From: Pocillopora damicornis
Taxonomy: Eukaryota
Assembly: GCF_003704095.1 (NCBI RefSeq)
Contig: NW_020844174.1
Span: 186,001 to 250,000, forward strand
Direction of reading: 5' to 3'
DNA length: 64,000 nucleotides
Part shown: one piece after another, positions 13,201 through 26,651 of the stretch
Numbering within the stretch: the first letter of the stretch is position 1
Layout: every line of letters begins with the position of its first letter
The notes under the pieces: model-generated
What the model saw: only the letters and a program-made list of their open reading frames with translations
What the model was told of the DNA's origin: nothing
Database searches by the model: none
Program-made: the position numbers and the translations under genes

Positions 13201-14580
13201 TAATTATATAGGAAGTCTGTGTATTGATTTTTCTGTTTTACTGTGCTCGATATGTAGAAGTAGAGCATGATGTATGTTGCAATAGGGGAAAAAAACAGAG
13301 ACACTATAATTTCATCCCTACAAGCCTGTTTCATAATTGCACACTCATCAGAGGGGATTTTATTTTTAAGAATATATATATATATATACTGTGAATACAG
13401 TTTTTAAAAGTTTTATAGAATAAAGGTTAGACTTTTTTAACAAAGGTTTAAGGTGCTTGTTCTTAAATCACATCATTTACTCTGGAGGGGTAAAGTTCAT
13501 ATTTTACTTTTCAGATTGCCAAGACAAATGTAAAACAATGTATTTGGAAGCTTGTGGATCAGTTATTGTTCCAACTGAGATTGTCCCAAAACATTTGCAG
13601 TAAGTAACTTTGATTCATTATGTAGATACAGTATTTGCACATACCACAATGCCTCAAATGTTTCCATATTCGTTCAGAAAATTCATTTAGAAAAGCTTCA
13701 AATCCTGTAAATTCTCCTCAGTCAATCACTCAAACAAGTTTGAACTTTGAAATTGAAGGTAATCAGTGGAATTTCAGAAAACTAGAATCCTTGCAAGATG
13801 AGCTGCTACTTTTAAACATTGTGTAGGATAGTCCAGTATAACCAGTGTAAACTCTTCTGGCTCTGCTGAGAAACAAGCTAAATAATTTACCATTCATACT
13901 AATTCAGGTATGGGAGGACTTGCAACCTTTCATCAGAGTACAATGTTGTAGAAATGGTCAGCATTACCACGCATGATGAAAAATTTTGTTCCGGTGGCAT
14001 CAAGGCTGAGACATCTCTTCCACTGAATCAGCAGCACACCACTATTTCAACAATGGCAATGGTAAGCAGTTGTCAAAGTATTGGTTTTAGAGCTCGGGTA
14101 TCCTGTGAAGTTCATTTGTCACCATGTACAGTGAGAAACAATGACCAGATCCACCCAAATTTCTGAAGGATCACTGCCCATTGCAGTTGTCCTTAGGACC
14201 ACTATCACATGGACAACTGCACAATTATATCTTTAATTTTAGCTGCAAAATCCAAACAGAAGTCTATTTTAGTTGAGGTAGATGTTAGGTTTAATCTGTT
14301 AAGCATAACTTTTTGGTGCTGAGAATTTTTGAAGGATTTCATGAAAACAGAGGAAGATGATATATTTGTCAACAAATCATTTTCTTTTCTTCAGGTTGAT
14401 GTATCAACTGTTAATCTAAGACTGCAGTACTCAAGTTACTTCTTGTTTGTGATGGTGATCACCTGTGTGCTCTATGGAATGATCAAAGGAAGACCAGTCA
14501 AACAAAGTAAAAAGGTACAGATAGGAACACACAGTAAAAAAACCAGCTCAAAAGGCAAAAGCCTACAGGAGGTTGAATGA
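10271..14580 (+). CDS. TMEM248: TMEM248/TMEM219-family membrane protein, 6 coding exons
   Basis: Exons 10271-10435, 12201-12447, 12864-12923, 13515-13599, 13908-14061, 14395-14580 splice in frame. N-terminal RPPCVVFIVCIAAFAIGLFSLGFFIK matches the TMEM248 RPPLVVF..motif; C-terminal TM LRLQYSSYFLFVMVITCVLYGMIKGRP. The last exon end is uncertain (possible extra donor at ~14514). Confidence 0.8.
10783..11476. mobile_element. Non-autonomous DNA transposon (MITE, ~700 bp) in TMEM248 intron 1
   Basis: Long imperfect terminal inverted repeats GGTGATTTCACCAACGAGTGATTTTGCCAACGTCACG... / ...CGTTGGTAAAATCACTCGTTGGCGAAATCACC, with subterminal TTCGCCAAC repeats. Confidence 0.8.
12598..12776 (+). repeat. 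Penelope-type/retrozyme-like terminal repeat, degenerate
   Basis: Shares ggtggccaatttac...tcaactcagttg...acgcagcaccacagtttctttagaa.cttacccc with 24092-24195, where it is preceded by an inverted partial copy (24043-24075). Confidence 0.5.
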
Positions 14581-17500
14581 TGATTTTGCATAAGTTGCAA
14601 AGGACTGGGGTTTGATTTTGCATGGAAATTCAGAGTTTTTCTTTGTCCAGGGTTCTTGATAACACAAACATTATTTTTCTCTGTCCCACCACCATGCTCA
14701 AAATTTGCCTTCTTTCTTATTCTATAAGTTCCTTTTTACTGCTCTTATGACTAGACAGTCAATAAGAACTTGACATTGTAAGTCAGACAACTGATAACAA
14801 CTCTTGTCTATTTAATATTTTGATTGTTTATGTTAAAGTGCCAAAGACAAAATACCACAGCATATCCAAGTGTTTCTCTCTAAACACTTTATTGTAACAA
14901 TTTGAAATTTTTCTTTGACCAAGTAGTAACTGTCATAATACTCTTGTTTGGTTGATCAAGTTGCTCTAAAGATTATCAAGAACTATGTGGAGTGATTATA
15001 AAAAGAAACGAGATAACATCGAATGAAAGAGTGACTGAATTGGTGTTGGGCAAGTTGATGAATGTAACTGTAAATGAGAAAGCAACCAACACCAATGCAT
15101 TTGTCAATATATAGTCTTTTAATTTGCATTGTTTTCTAGATTCTTGCAATACATCAGTAGCGATATCATGCTAGTAGATATTTCTTCTGTATTTTATACT
15201 TAGTACGAGTCCTTACACTCACTGACAGTTCAAAAAAGAAGAGATAGCTAAGGTTATAACTAATGTAACAAATGAGGGAGGGTGATGGTCATTAAAGTGC
15301 ATTAGTCACTGTGCAAAAGATAACTTTTGTTGTACTTTTTTTGCAGTCAAACCTTCCAATATGACAATATTTGCAAAGAAGTATTGTATTGAATGTCTAA
15401 TTCATTCACCATGCCCACAGTTGAATTTATGGTGACATACTTAAAAATAAGTATATCACTAGAAAAATATCATGCACAGCTGCACTTGTAAATAGCTTGA
15501 ATATGGCCAGTAAACAATGCATATTAGTTAAGTTTACTTTGCTTGCAAGAAGTAGGTAGTGGTCTAGTGTTTTTTCACTGAGCAGGTTAATTAGGGGCTT
15601 AGATGTGATTCTCACCAGTTGGTATCAACTAGTCACTAACATTGTAGATGTGATAGAAATCTCATTATCTGGAAATAATTCCTAAAGAAAAATTTGGCAT
15701 CTCATTGTACTAATCATTAAATTAAACCCAGAATTTATTTATTTTCCTGTATGATTCTGTCAACTTTGGTCACAAGTTTAATACAAACCATAATTGATTT
15801 TTGTAAATTGTAGATAACTGTTCAGCTTCCCTTAGCTTTTTGTTGATATAAGAACAATTCAATATTTATGGGTTTTGCTGTTGACAATTTAGTATGAATC
15901 TGTCAAGCCCTTATCTTAAGAAAATCGGGAACCCAGCTTGAGAATTACTTCTCAACAAACTGTTCACTTTCCAGCTAAAATGTAGCATGGATAACATTGT
16001 AAGTGATAGCTTAAAATTTTCCAAAAATTGAAATCTCTTACTTCAAGTGGTGTAATTCCTAGCTTGCGCAGGGTTTCTTAAGTTTACCCAATATACCAGG
16101 TGTTATACAAGAAGAAATTGTATACTTTCAGAAATTCACAGTCCATGGTATTTTCTAGTTATAAAATAAGTAGCCTTGCATACCCTAACTTGATATGAAT
16201 TACCTTTAACTACAGAAGAAAAGTATTGTTGTGAAGTTCAGACATTTAAATGTAGAACACCTGTTGTTTCTTATTTCACATTTACCCTTTTCCATTTAAT
16301 GCACAATTTTTTTTGAGGGGCCATTTTCTGCCTTCTCAACCTTTTTTCCTGAGCTACATGTTGCTCATGTCATTGTAAAGAATGACTTTTTAGTTTAGTC
16401 TCAGGAGTGTGTGCAATTCCTACTGTCTTGGAACCTTTTTCATTTTCAATGTTACCTTAACTTCATCCTAGTATCAATATTTTGTATTATATAACTTAAA
16501 GATGGGAAAAGAGTGAAATAAAGGAAAACTGACTAAGTGTGTTGGGATTACTTTGATTCATTTATGGATAAAGTTCAGCAAGGTTGAACTGTCGGAAATC
16601 AGATACTAGTGTTTAAAATCAGACAGAAACATCCCAAAAGATAAGGAAGTGTCTGAAATTAGGGGAAAGTATTGGAAACAGATGACAATGTCCTTAACTG
16701 GACATAAGTGTCTAAACTCACTCAAAAGGAAAAGCAGAGTGCAAGACACCTTGCAGATTTCTCTCAGTTATTTCTGGTTCTGTACAGGGAGCAATTCACT
16801 ATAAGTTGCACTCCTCTGGCTGGGTAGTTCTAACTGATATTTCATTGCGAAGGCAATATTTTACTGCTGGTGTTGTTTTGTTCTAACAGTGTTCTTTTTC
16901 AAATAATTTGAGGGTTTTTTAAAATAAATACTGGTTTAGAACCTCAATTTTCCTATAATTTTTAAAGTTGGATATATTTGAGTGTTAAACAGTCCTTATC
17001 ATTAAGCTTGGTTTCCCTCAAGTTTCATGGTAGTATGATGCTGAGCATAGGGAAAGCTTTTGAGTCTCTACATCAAGGAAATATATTTTTTCTAAGATAA
17101 ACAAAGTATTATTTTTCCTTGAAAAGTGAAATAAAATTGTAAGACCAATTTAAGAAAAATGCATAATACAAGATGGAGTTGGGTTTTATCATTACTATTT
17201 TCATTTTCATACCAAGAAAGGGTGCTTGTCTTGTTCACTCTTTCTGGTTAAGTTAGAGGTGTAATGCATTATGAAGAATGTTTGTGTTAGCTTCTTGAGT
17301 CATCACACTATTTGTTGAGGCATCAACTTAATGATTTAGTGGGAAAAATAATGCAAGAAATTACCAGCTCACTGGATCAACTCCAAAACTGAGGCATATC
17401 TGAATCTGAGTCAAATTTACTGGCTCACAGATCAGCAGTTTCTAAATGAAAAAAATACCTCTTTGCTTTTGGGAGTGAGCTGTAAGATTAACTTCTTCCT

Positions 17501-18061
17501 AATGTTTAATTAGGCTTTTAGACCAGATAATATTGAACAGGGTCCACTTATTAACACCAAATTACACTTGCAGTTATGTTGTTACCTATAAAAATAGACA
17601 GCTCTTTTCAATAGCTGTTTTTCCAAGCATTTTTAGTGCTGAATGCTAGTGACTAGCATTTTGTCAATTGATGCCTCTTTCCAATCAACCTCCAGAGTAA
17701 TTGATTAATTGCCTAACCACCATTAGTAGAGGAGACCACATTTAAAATACAACAGATTTCTATGTCATCTGTTTTCAATGGAGGTTTTAGACCTGGTCAA
17801 TTATATGCCACCAATCCTGAATCATCTTACCAACAGAAACTTCCCACCAGTGAATTGTCACAACATGCTTAGGGTTACAGAAACAAAAACCAAAGATTGG
17901 ACCCCACCATAGGGCTCCCAAAATAAACTGTAGTACCATTGTTTACATATGTGTTTACACATATGTGTTTACATATTTAATTTTGTTTTCCTTTCCCTAA
18001 CCTGTCACCAGCCCCCCATAACTATGGTCTAGTCTGTCAAGGCACTACACGAAAATAGAAG

Positions 18062-18919
18062 TCACAAGTCATCATTCATGAATCTGGTAAATTTTGAGAC
18101 ACCATTGGGAAGAGGAGCAGACACATCACAGATCTTAATTCCTGATCTTGGTATCTCTTCCACAGAAAGTGACACAGGGACCCACTTGATTTCACCTTTT
18201 GTCACTTTGTGAAATTCCATCGTCACCAGACCAGATACTTTAGAACCAACAATGAAAACACACACTTTCCATCTGTCTTCATTTTTGTGAACATTTTCTT
18301 TTCCTGTTCTGTCACGTGCTTCAATTAAAGAGACTTCTTGGCGGTTATACCCTATCACAAGCACCTCGTCTCCAAACTTTGTTCGGAAACCTTCTTCATT
18401 TGACAGCTTTTTCCAGGTTGAGTTGTAAGCCGCTCTCTTCAAAGCGTATTCATCTTTTTTGTCTTCCATAAGAGTCGTCACATCTAATAAATCTTCGGGA
18501 TCGTCATATAACTGAAACATGGACGCTATGTGTTTTGCCATATGGGGGTTTGTGTGCTTTAGTTGTACTGTCTCCTCCTCGATCCCAAATGTTAACAATC
18601 CGGTCGCACTTAACGTCAAGGAAACAGCAACGCACGACCAAAATACTACACCACCAGCCAAGCAAAAATATCGAAACCCTTGTAAAATTCTTGATTTCAT
18701 ACTTGAGGATTTTGAGGAAAACCCTTTCACGTCTGAAAGTAATTTCGGATTCCATGGAGGGCGCCATCCAATTAGAAGTGTGTTTGAATTGCCTTTCGTT
18801 TTCGTCACTACTGTTCTAACAAGTCCATATTTTGACATCAAATCAGGAAAAACTCTAGCTCTTTTGCCAGTAAATCCTGTCAATCTTGCTAGCCTTGTGT
18901 GAAAAAGGAAGAAAGCCAT
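18062..18919 (-). CDS. Intronless Tim21/Coa1-like mitochondrial inner-membrane protein, 285 aa
   Basis: Arg-rich, acid-poor N-terminus (presequence-like) and one TM (FCLAGGVVFWSCVAVSLTLSATGLLTF). The C-terminal pattern AYNSTWKKLSNEEGFRTKFGDEVLVIGY...VCVFIVGSKVSGLVTMEFHK...WVPVSLSVE resembles the Tim21 IMS domain. Confidence 0.55.
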   Translation of the reverse strand: MAFFLFHTRLARLTGFTGKRARVFPDLMSKYGLVRTVVTKTKGNSNTLLIGWRPPWNPKLLSDVKGFSSKSSSMKSRILQGFRYFCLAGGVVFWSCVAVSLTLSATGLLTFGIEEETVQLKHTNPHMAKHIASMFQLYDDPEDLLDVTTLMEDKKDEYALKRAAYNSTWKKLSNEEGFRTKFGDEVLVIGYNRQEVSLIEARDRTGKENVHKNEDRWKVCVFIVGSKVSGLVTMEFHKVTKGEIKWVPVSLSVEEIPRSGIKICDVSAPLPNGVSKFTRFMNDDL

Positions 18920-19053
18920 TCATAAACAGTCGAAATATTCCTAACCCTTTTATCGCTTTTTACCTCATCGGCGCTTAATATCCAGCGGTAGTACAAGTAA
19001 AAGGAAGTTCACTCATCTCTCTCGTCACATAGTGTACACTATATGTATTCAAG

Positions 19054-22000
19054 ATGGCGGCCACCGGAGGAAGCCACCTATCGAATGGTCGAGTTAATGT
19101 GGGCTTGCTGCGCGAATGCGCGAGAAGGGAACTTCTTCAGTGCTTGAATAAACAGCCTGGATCTAAGGTAGCGAAAAACCATCTGGTAGATTTGATTGAA
19201 TATCGATCCTTCTTGGAAATGATGGTCAAGGCTTTTCCAACCGGTAGTTGCTGAATGATTCCTTACTAAACAATTTTACTACCAGGAGTGAACTGCAATT
19301 AAACTCTCCCCACAATATTATAAATACATTTTGATAAACAAGGAATAATATTGCTTGATTTAACAATTAATTCTCAACACTTTCATCAAATGTATGTCAG
19401 AAAGTATCTAAGGAGACTATTGATCTTTAAGTCATCGGAATGAAAGTTTTAGAATTGACCTTTAATTTTGGACGAAACTTTTTAAAATTATATACTCTTT
19501 TTTTGCTTTTTGCAACAGGCTCTGGTTTGGGACGACAAGCTTACTGGGCCGTTTGGTTTGATTGCTGAATACAAGCTATTAAAGGTATGACTTAATGATA
19601 TTCCAACTCATTTATTTTTCTAACTAAAATTGTGGTAGAAGAGATAGCATTTGGCAAAACATCTCAGTCTATCTTGCAGTAGTAACTGGTCAAGTCACCC
19701 AGAAGTCATCTCTCCAAAGACATGTCACCTGAAACCTGAGTCATGTCACCTGAAATAAAAAGTCAAGTTGCCAGATTTCCTTATCACTTGTAAAACATCA
19801 AAATGGCTTATTTTTAGAAACCACTGAAGGTACCCTCCAATCAAACAACATTTTGGTGTATTTTCTTACCTTACCCATCCTTAACCCCTTAACTCCCAAG
19901 ATCTCAGTAGTAATTCTCCTTACTGTCTGCCATATAGTTCTTCTTTTGAGAATTCAGTATTGGATCAAGCAATAATCCCCTAATTAATATTTTCCTTTAT
20001 TCTCATCACTTGTCTGCTTGATATTGTATTGATATTGTAAGGAGAAATTCTGCCTTGGTCACTAATGGGAGTTAAAGGGTTAACAGTAAGATGTCACCTG
20101 ATGCTACTTGATTTAAAAGTTCAGCGAGACATACATAACTAACATAAACCAACCTGTGATTTGAAAGAGTGTATTTTTATGCTTAATTTGTTTCATTGAC
20201 TAAAGGAATTGATACAAAACATGTAGCAAAGCAATCAAAATGAATGGATCATGTTGTCCTAAACGAAGAAATTAAACCTGAACTAAAATTCAGCAGATAC
20301 AAGCTAATCCTATATTAACTTGACTGTAAACCTTTGCAGTCATTGTAATTATTGGAACATCATGATTACATTTTCTCATGTTTCTCCATCAACAAAAAAG
20401 TTACAAAGAAAGTTGCTCTGACATGGAAACCAATGTATTAAACAAAAAAATGGAAAAAAATGAAGACTTTTAGAGTCTTATCTCCTCACTTAAAGATGTG
20501 AAAACAGTTAAAATTGAGCACTTGTTTTCATGTTTGCCTTGAGTGTTTTGTTCATAATATGTTATTATAAATTGTAAATATGAATACTTGGTGGATTTTG
20601 AGGTTGTTCCATAATGTGTGCTTTTCTTCTAATTAACACAGGAACATGAAGTTGAAGTCATGTTCCCTCTTCGTCCTGGGCGCTTACCTCCATCACAAGT
20701 GCATAACATTATATTTATCACAAGACCTAAACCCTCATTGATGGACATAATTGCTGATAATGTCCTAAGGTAAGCTGAAGTTCTAACTTACTCTCAAAGA
20801 GAAAATGTTCAGTTGAGTTGAAAATTAAAACATGTGAACAATTTTGATATGTACTTCATTCTTAGACAGCAGATTATCACTTTGTCAAAAAATTCATATG
20901 TACTGTACTTAAATAATATATATTCAAAACTCTCACTATCCACACTCAGACGATCAAGGGTATTTAAAATAATCTACTCTGTCTCCTGTAGATATAACGA
21001 TATAACTATCTTCTCTGTAAGCAGTAAGTAAAGCTTTCTACAGTGTCTAACATACATGTATACAGTCTTGTACAGCTTTCTACAAAGTATACCCTTAACA
21101 TCAAATAGTCAATCATAACCTCATCTTTAAAGTCTGCCTGCAAAGTCTTGATTAGATTCAGCTATCAACACTGTCCACATAAGATTAAGCTATTTCCACT
21201 GTACACAGTAGATGAAAGTATTCACACTGTCTTTTGTCCAGAGAAAATGTCATTAGTTGAAAATCATCTTAATTCTCATTACCTATCAGCTCTAGAGTGT
21301 ATAAAATTTGAAAGGAGTATTCACAAACACTTTTCTCACAGAGGATCAAAATGTCAACATGAGGGCCTCATGTCTACATTTAAGTGCAGTAAATTAAATA
21401 CTAGTACTATGGTTGATAGCATCAACCTTTCCATGAATGTGACAAAAACATGTTCTGTTGCTCTACCAAACTTCAAAACTTCAACATTTTTGGTAGAAAA
21501 ACTTTAAAATTGTGGCACTATTCATTCTTAATTTTTGATACTGTCTTTGCATTTATGAACAACATTCTTTCAACCTCTGTCAGTAAGTGAATGGAGCTGT
21601 ACGAGAGCTTTCACTTGAATGTGTTAGTTGGTGGATAGTGGTATGCCACAGTTGAAATTTCTGCTCTATTTGTTGACTTCAAATGCTATTGCTGATCATC
21701 ATCCACAATTGCAAAAACCCTCTCAAGTGGGCAGGAAATGCAAAACCTTCATCCAAATGGGTGGGAAAACTTTGCAGTTATGTCATCAAAACATTGAAGT
21801 TTGATAGGCCAATAGGAAGGTTAATTATCAAATGTTGCCAATTGTTTCACTTTGTTATTCAGTGAGGAAGGCAAGACTGAAAGCAAGAAAAAAGAGTTCA
21901 CCATCCTTTTTGTTCCAAGAAAGACTTTGTTATGTCAAAGGAAACTTGAGGTAAGTTTACTAGTTGTATAATTTTTTTAAAATAAATATGTCACATCTTA

Positions 22001-24146
22001 ACACATGCAAGAGTGTGATGTTATTATAATTGTTGTTGTTCATATTTTCTTAATCCAAAGCTGTGAGTGACAATAGGAACAACTTTTACTGTATGCCCAA
22101 TTTAATCAAGGGGGTTGGTGTTTAGGAGAGGGTATGGATACTTATTCAAGGAGATACCTGCACTGTAATTTTCCAGCACATCCAGTTGGTTGAAAACTTT
22201 TAGTTTATTCAAAAGGTATGTGGATGTGTGCTGGAAACATTAGGGTACGTTCTGATATTTTATAGCGCTGTTTTGTTTTCAGGAATGGAAGGTATCTTTT
22301 ATCAACATCGATGAATATCCTCTAGAGCTTATACCATTGGACAGTGATGTCTTGTCACTTGAGATGGAGTCCAGCTTCAAGGTAAACTGCAGAAATTTAA
22401 TCATTCTATTACTAAATAAATAACTGAAAGTTGGTAAGTTACTCCCCTTAATTTGAGTTTTTTAATTTTTTAAAAATTGGCTTAGATCCATTTTTTTTGT
22501 AGTATTTTCAAACATCCCACAAGTGTTTGTGAAAGCAAGCACCAAAATAATCTTCTTGCTTTGCCAATCTATAGCTATTTGCAAAGATTGCAAGTAATGA
22601 AGTTTGTTAGTTTGGAGAAGGTGCAATCAAATTTCTCTCTATTTGTAAATTTTTTCAATTTGTTTTGCAGGAGTGTTACCTGGAAAATGACTCCACATCA
22701 TTATTTTATGTTGCCAACTCCTTGATGACACTTCAAACATTGTATGGCACAATCCCTAAGATTTATGCAAAGGGAGATATGTCAAAGGTGAGAGCCATAC
22801 TGATTTATTGATCATGGTAAATATAAATAGATAAAGATAAGTGTTTTGAAAAATCTGTCAAAAGAAAATTAGAGGTGCATTTCTTACATTGATCAAATAA
22901 TGTACTGGTAAAATTGTAAGACAGTAAATACTTATTCCTCAAGGTATCTTTGTATCACATATAGAGCTATTTTTGATGTAAAGCCTCAATAATGGTTCAT
23001 TTTCCAAAGATTAAATTTTTTCAGTGCTGTTTTGGTTCAGCTTGTATTTTTAAAAAGACTTCAAATTTAGTGAAATTGTACGTAGAAGTTCAGTGTTACT
23101 GGCCAAACTTCATTTTAAAATTTCAGGAAACAAAGTAGGGTAACTACAAAATTTAGTGCTACAGTTATTAAAATAAATAGTCATAGTTTTTAGTCATAAA
23201 AAATGTTTCTGTTCCTCAGAGTGAAATTTTGTTGTAGGGTTATTTTACAATCCATTTTATTTTAAAATGCAATTATTTTTGTTAGTTAAGTGAAATGAGT
23301 ATAGTTTTGTTTCATTTAATGTCATCGAAGGTAAAATATGGGTTTAAGCTTGTTAGTCAATGGTAGTATGCATTATTTTTCTCACTGACTTTTTCTTATT
23401 AAATTGTTACAATTAATTATTGTAAACAGCTAGTCTTAGACATGATGATGCGCAAGAAACGAGAGGCAGCTGATGCAGAAAACCAAGTCTCACCCCAAAT
23501 CGACACACTTCTGTTAATTGATCGTAACATTGACTTACTCACTCCATTATTTACTCAACTTACCTATGAAGGACTGATAGATGAACTATATGGAATACAC
23601 CACAGTAGGTACCATTGAGTTAAAGGTTACGACTGCTCAATGATTACTTAAAGAAATAAAGTTAAGGCTCATTTTCTTTGGAGACAAAGTTGAAGTATGA
23701 GTTATAGCTGGAGTTGCAACTAAAAATGTACTTGTAGCTTATTAAATCCAAAGTCTAAGTTGAAAATTGAGTCTAGGGCTGGATGGAATTGGAGTCTGAA
23801 TAATCGGATTGCTTGATTCCACTTTTGTCTCCATCACTTCTGATAAAGTGGAAAATCTGCTGTTAGATTTGCAAGCAGATGTTAAGGAACCAAACAATCA
23901 CCCTGATGAACTGAAGTAACTGCTGATGAAGTATTACAGATGCAAGGGCAATTATATCTGTATATTGAGTACTAGAATAATTATAGAATTTATTTTATGA
24001 TTCTGTTATTACAGTACTATGATACCTAGCAATTGTTTAGTGTTAACAACTGAGTTGAAAACGTAAATTGGTCATGGTTTTTTCACTCTTTATGGTGACC
24101 AATTTACGTTTTCAACTCAGTTGTTAACAATAAATTACCTGCTATA

Positions 24147-24195
<49 letters not shown>

Positions 24196-26651
24196 AATCG
24201 CTAGAGTTAGTCACAGACAAATTGTATTTTCTCTTTGAAGCCACAGCAAAGTTTCCACCCGAGAGATTCCCTCAAACTGAAGAGAAAGGACCTGGAGGAC
24301 TTCAACAACAACAACCCACTGGACCTAAGAAAGTTGTTTTAAACTCCAGTGATGAGTTGTTCTATGATATTCGAGATCTAAATTTCTCTGCTGTGGGAAT
24401 TCACTTGAGCAGGAAAGCCAAGCAGATTAGTGCTGCCTTTGAGGTCAGTTCATGGCCAAAAACATATCTTTGATGATTTCTCAAAGTTTCTTTTACCTTC
24501 CTCTGATCTGGTCGATAAATGCCAAGGTATTGGTTAAAAAAAAAAGAAGGGAACTAGTTATTGTTAGTGTTCTGACCTGACAGATTTTAGAGACAGTTTG
24601 TTTATTTATAAATTTGGAAGAAGCTGTAGGGTAATGGTAAGTGCACTGGAGTCTGGGTCATGAGGATTGTGCCTCTTTCCACTCAGAAGTAAAAATGGGA
24701 ACCAGCAAATTATCAGGGGAGCGTTATGAAGTGATATGGGGTAACCTTGCGATGGACTGGTATCCCATCCATAGGAAGTAGAAATTCTCCTAATCACTTC
24801 ATGCAATGGAAACTGAGATAAACTCTGGCTGCATGAGTCATTTTGCTTGAGTACAGACTTTACCTAGTACCTAAGTTCTTTTGTTTATTATGATGGGTTT
24901 GCTGATATGAGGGGTAATTCACATCATTTCCATCCTACTGTGACTGTAAAATCAAAACTCATCTCTGGAGGTAGATTTATATCATTGATAGTTATGGAAG
25001 TCAAGGGGAATGACTGAAAATTTCTTAGCTGAAAATGACAATGCAAAGAATGCCTCCTTTGAGTGATAGTAATCTCCTCACATAAAAATTCAAACAAGTG
25101 TTGGACTCAAGAGATCATGGAAAGTCATGGAATTTTATGAGGTTGAAAGTAAAAGAGTACTCTGCTAAAGAATATGTTATTATTCATTGTGTTAAATAAC
25201 TTAGTAGATGATTTATTGTTTTTCTGATTGCCTGATCAATTTATATCAATAGCCTGACACTATATCAAGAGACAAACAATAAAACTCCTCCTAAAAGAGA
25301 ACTAACCCTGAAAAAGTAGTAAGCTCTTTTGATGTCTTGTGTGACTCCTGTTCTGAGTTTTGCTGAAGATTCTTTTTTATCTTGCATTTTGCATCACCAG
25401 GAGCACAAAAGTGCCAAAACAGTGGGTGAAATGAAACAGTATGTTCAGAGGATTCCATTTATGCAAAGAGCAAAAGCTTCTCTTGCAACTCGTGAGTGAA
25501 GAAGTGTATTGTACTGAACCCAGTGGTTTGAGGGCAGATAATGTTATATCCACTGAATAACACTTGATATGGTGGAAAGTGCAGTATGTTTTGTTAACAC
25601 ACATTTATTTCATAGAGATTTGTCCATTAGATAGCATTATCTGCTCTCTGAACAACTAGGTCCTGGAGTTTAAAATGTTCATTCTTTTCTGTAACTGTGT
25701 AACTTGTAAGACATGAGTCTGATCTGATTTAAAGTTAATCATTAGAATTTATACTGTAGCACTTTTCCGAGGACTTTACATACTTTTGAGTGCTTTGGAA
25801 TCATCACTTTAATATTATTCAAATAATTAACTAATCAATGTACTAACCCTTTCCTCAGCAGTATGGCTTGATATCATCTTTGATTTTTTTTAACCAAATT
25901 AATATAGATAAAAAAAGGAACTCAAACCGTCTTTTTGAAACAAGCAAGGTCAATTTGAAAATGTAATATATGGCCACAGAGGAATTTTGCTTTTGTAAGA
26001 ACAAAGTGGGTATTCCTAAGTAGGAAGAAAAGCCAGATCCAGCTTACTTAGGTAGACAATCTCAATACACTTAAAAGATGTTTCTGCACATCATACAGAA
26101 TCCCCAGAAATGATGACAATGTACAAACCTGGAATAGTCTCCCAAATAACCTCAAACTGAATGAAATAATTACTCTAACCTGACCATTCTGAAGTTTCTC
26201 ACATTATTGTCATCTTTGACTGTAATTGATTTCACGTCATGCTGTTGCCCTCCACTGAAATTTACATTGTTGCAAAACGATAACTAGGGTGACCACGGGA
26301 GTGAACAGTGAGCTTTTTTATCTTCCTCCCTTTTGGGTCACATCAAATAGTTTGACTGCAACTGTTGGTTTTCATGTGAATATGCATTTCAAAGCTTTCA
26401 AGATCCAATTTTAGGCTTTTTCGCTGGTTTTCATGTGTTGTAAATGAATTCATAAAGCTCCAATTTTAGGATCGTTGGCCCTCCAGACTAGACAAGCTGG
26501 TAGTATGCAAATGCAAAAACTTCAGATTCAAGGTAAATCAAAAGAGATTAAGGGAGATATGCATCCTTGCTTTTAGATACGACCATAGCAGAGATGGTCA
26601 AGGAACAAACTGATTCTGAAGAGTTCAGAGAACGTATTCAAGTTGAACAAG
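19054..26651 (+). CDS. VPS33A: Vacuolar protein sorting 33A (Sec1/Munc18 family), exons 1-10
   Basis: Exons 19054-19167, 19519-19584, 20642-20769, 21863-21950, 22283-22381, 22671-22787, 23430-23604, 24241-24443, 25401-25491, 26577-26651. Motifs [64 protein letters not shown] and [16 protein letters not shown] closely match VPS33A. Confidence 0.95.
19881..20083. mobile_element. TTAA-flanked piggyBac-like MITE family A (~200 bp), intact copy
   Basis: TTAA CCCCTTAACTCCCA...TGGGAGTTAAAGGG TTAA. Other copies at ~30-241, ~4231-4437, ~5974-6183, 44854-45065 and ~45795-45990. Confidence 0.85.
24625..24865 (+). mobile_element. tRNA-derived SINE-like element
   Basis: ggtaagtgcactggagtc..., cctctttccactcag..aaatggg.accagcaaatt, ggggtaaccttgcgatggact.gtatcccatcc, cttcatgc..ggaaac.gagataa. 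A related copy lies in reverse orientation at ~52195-52490. Confidence 0.6.
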
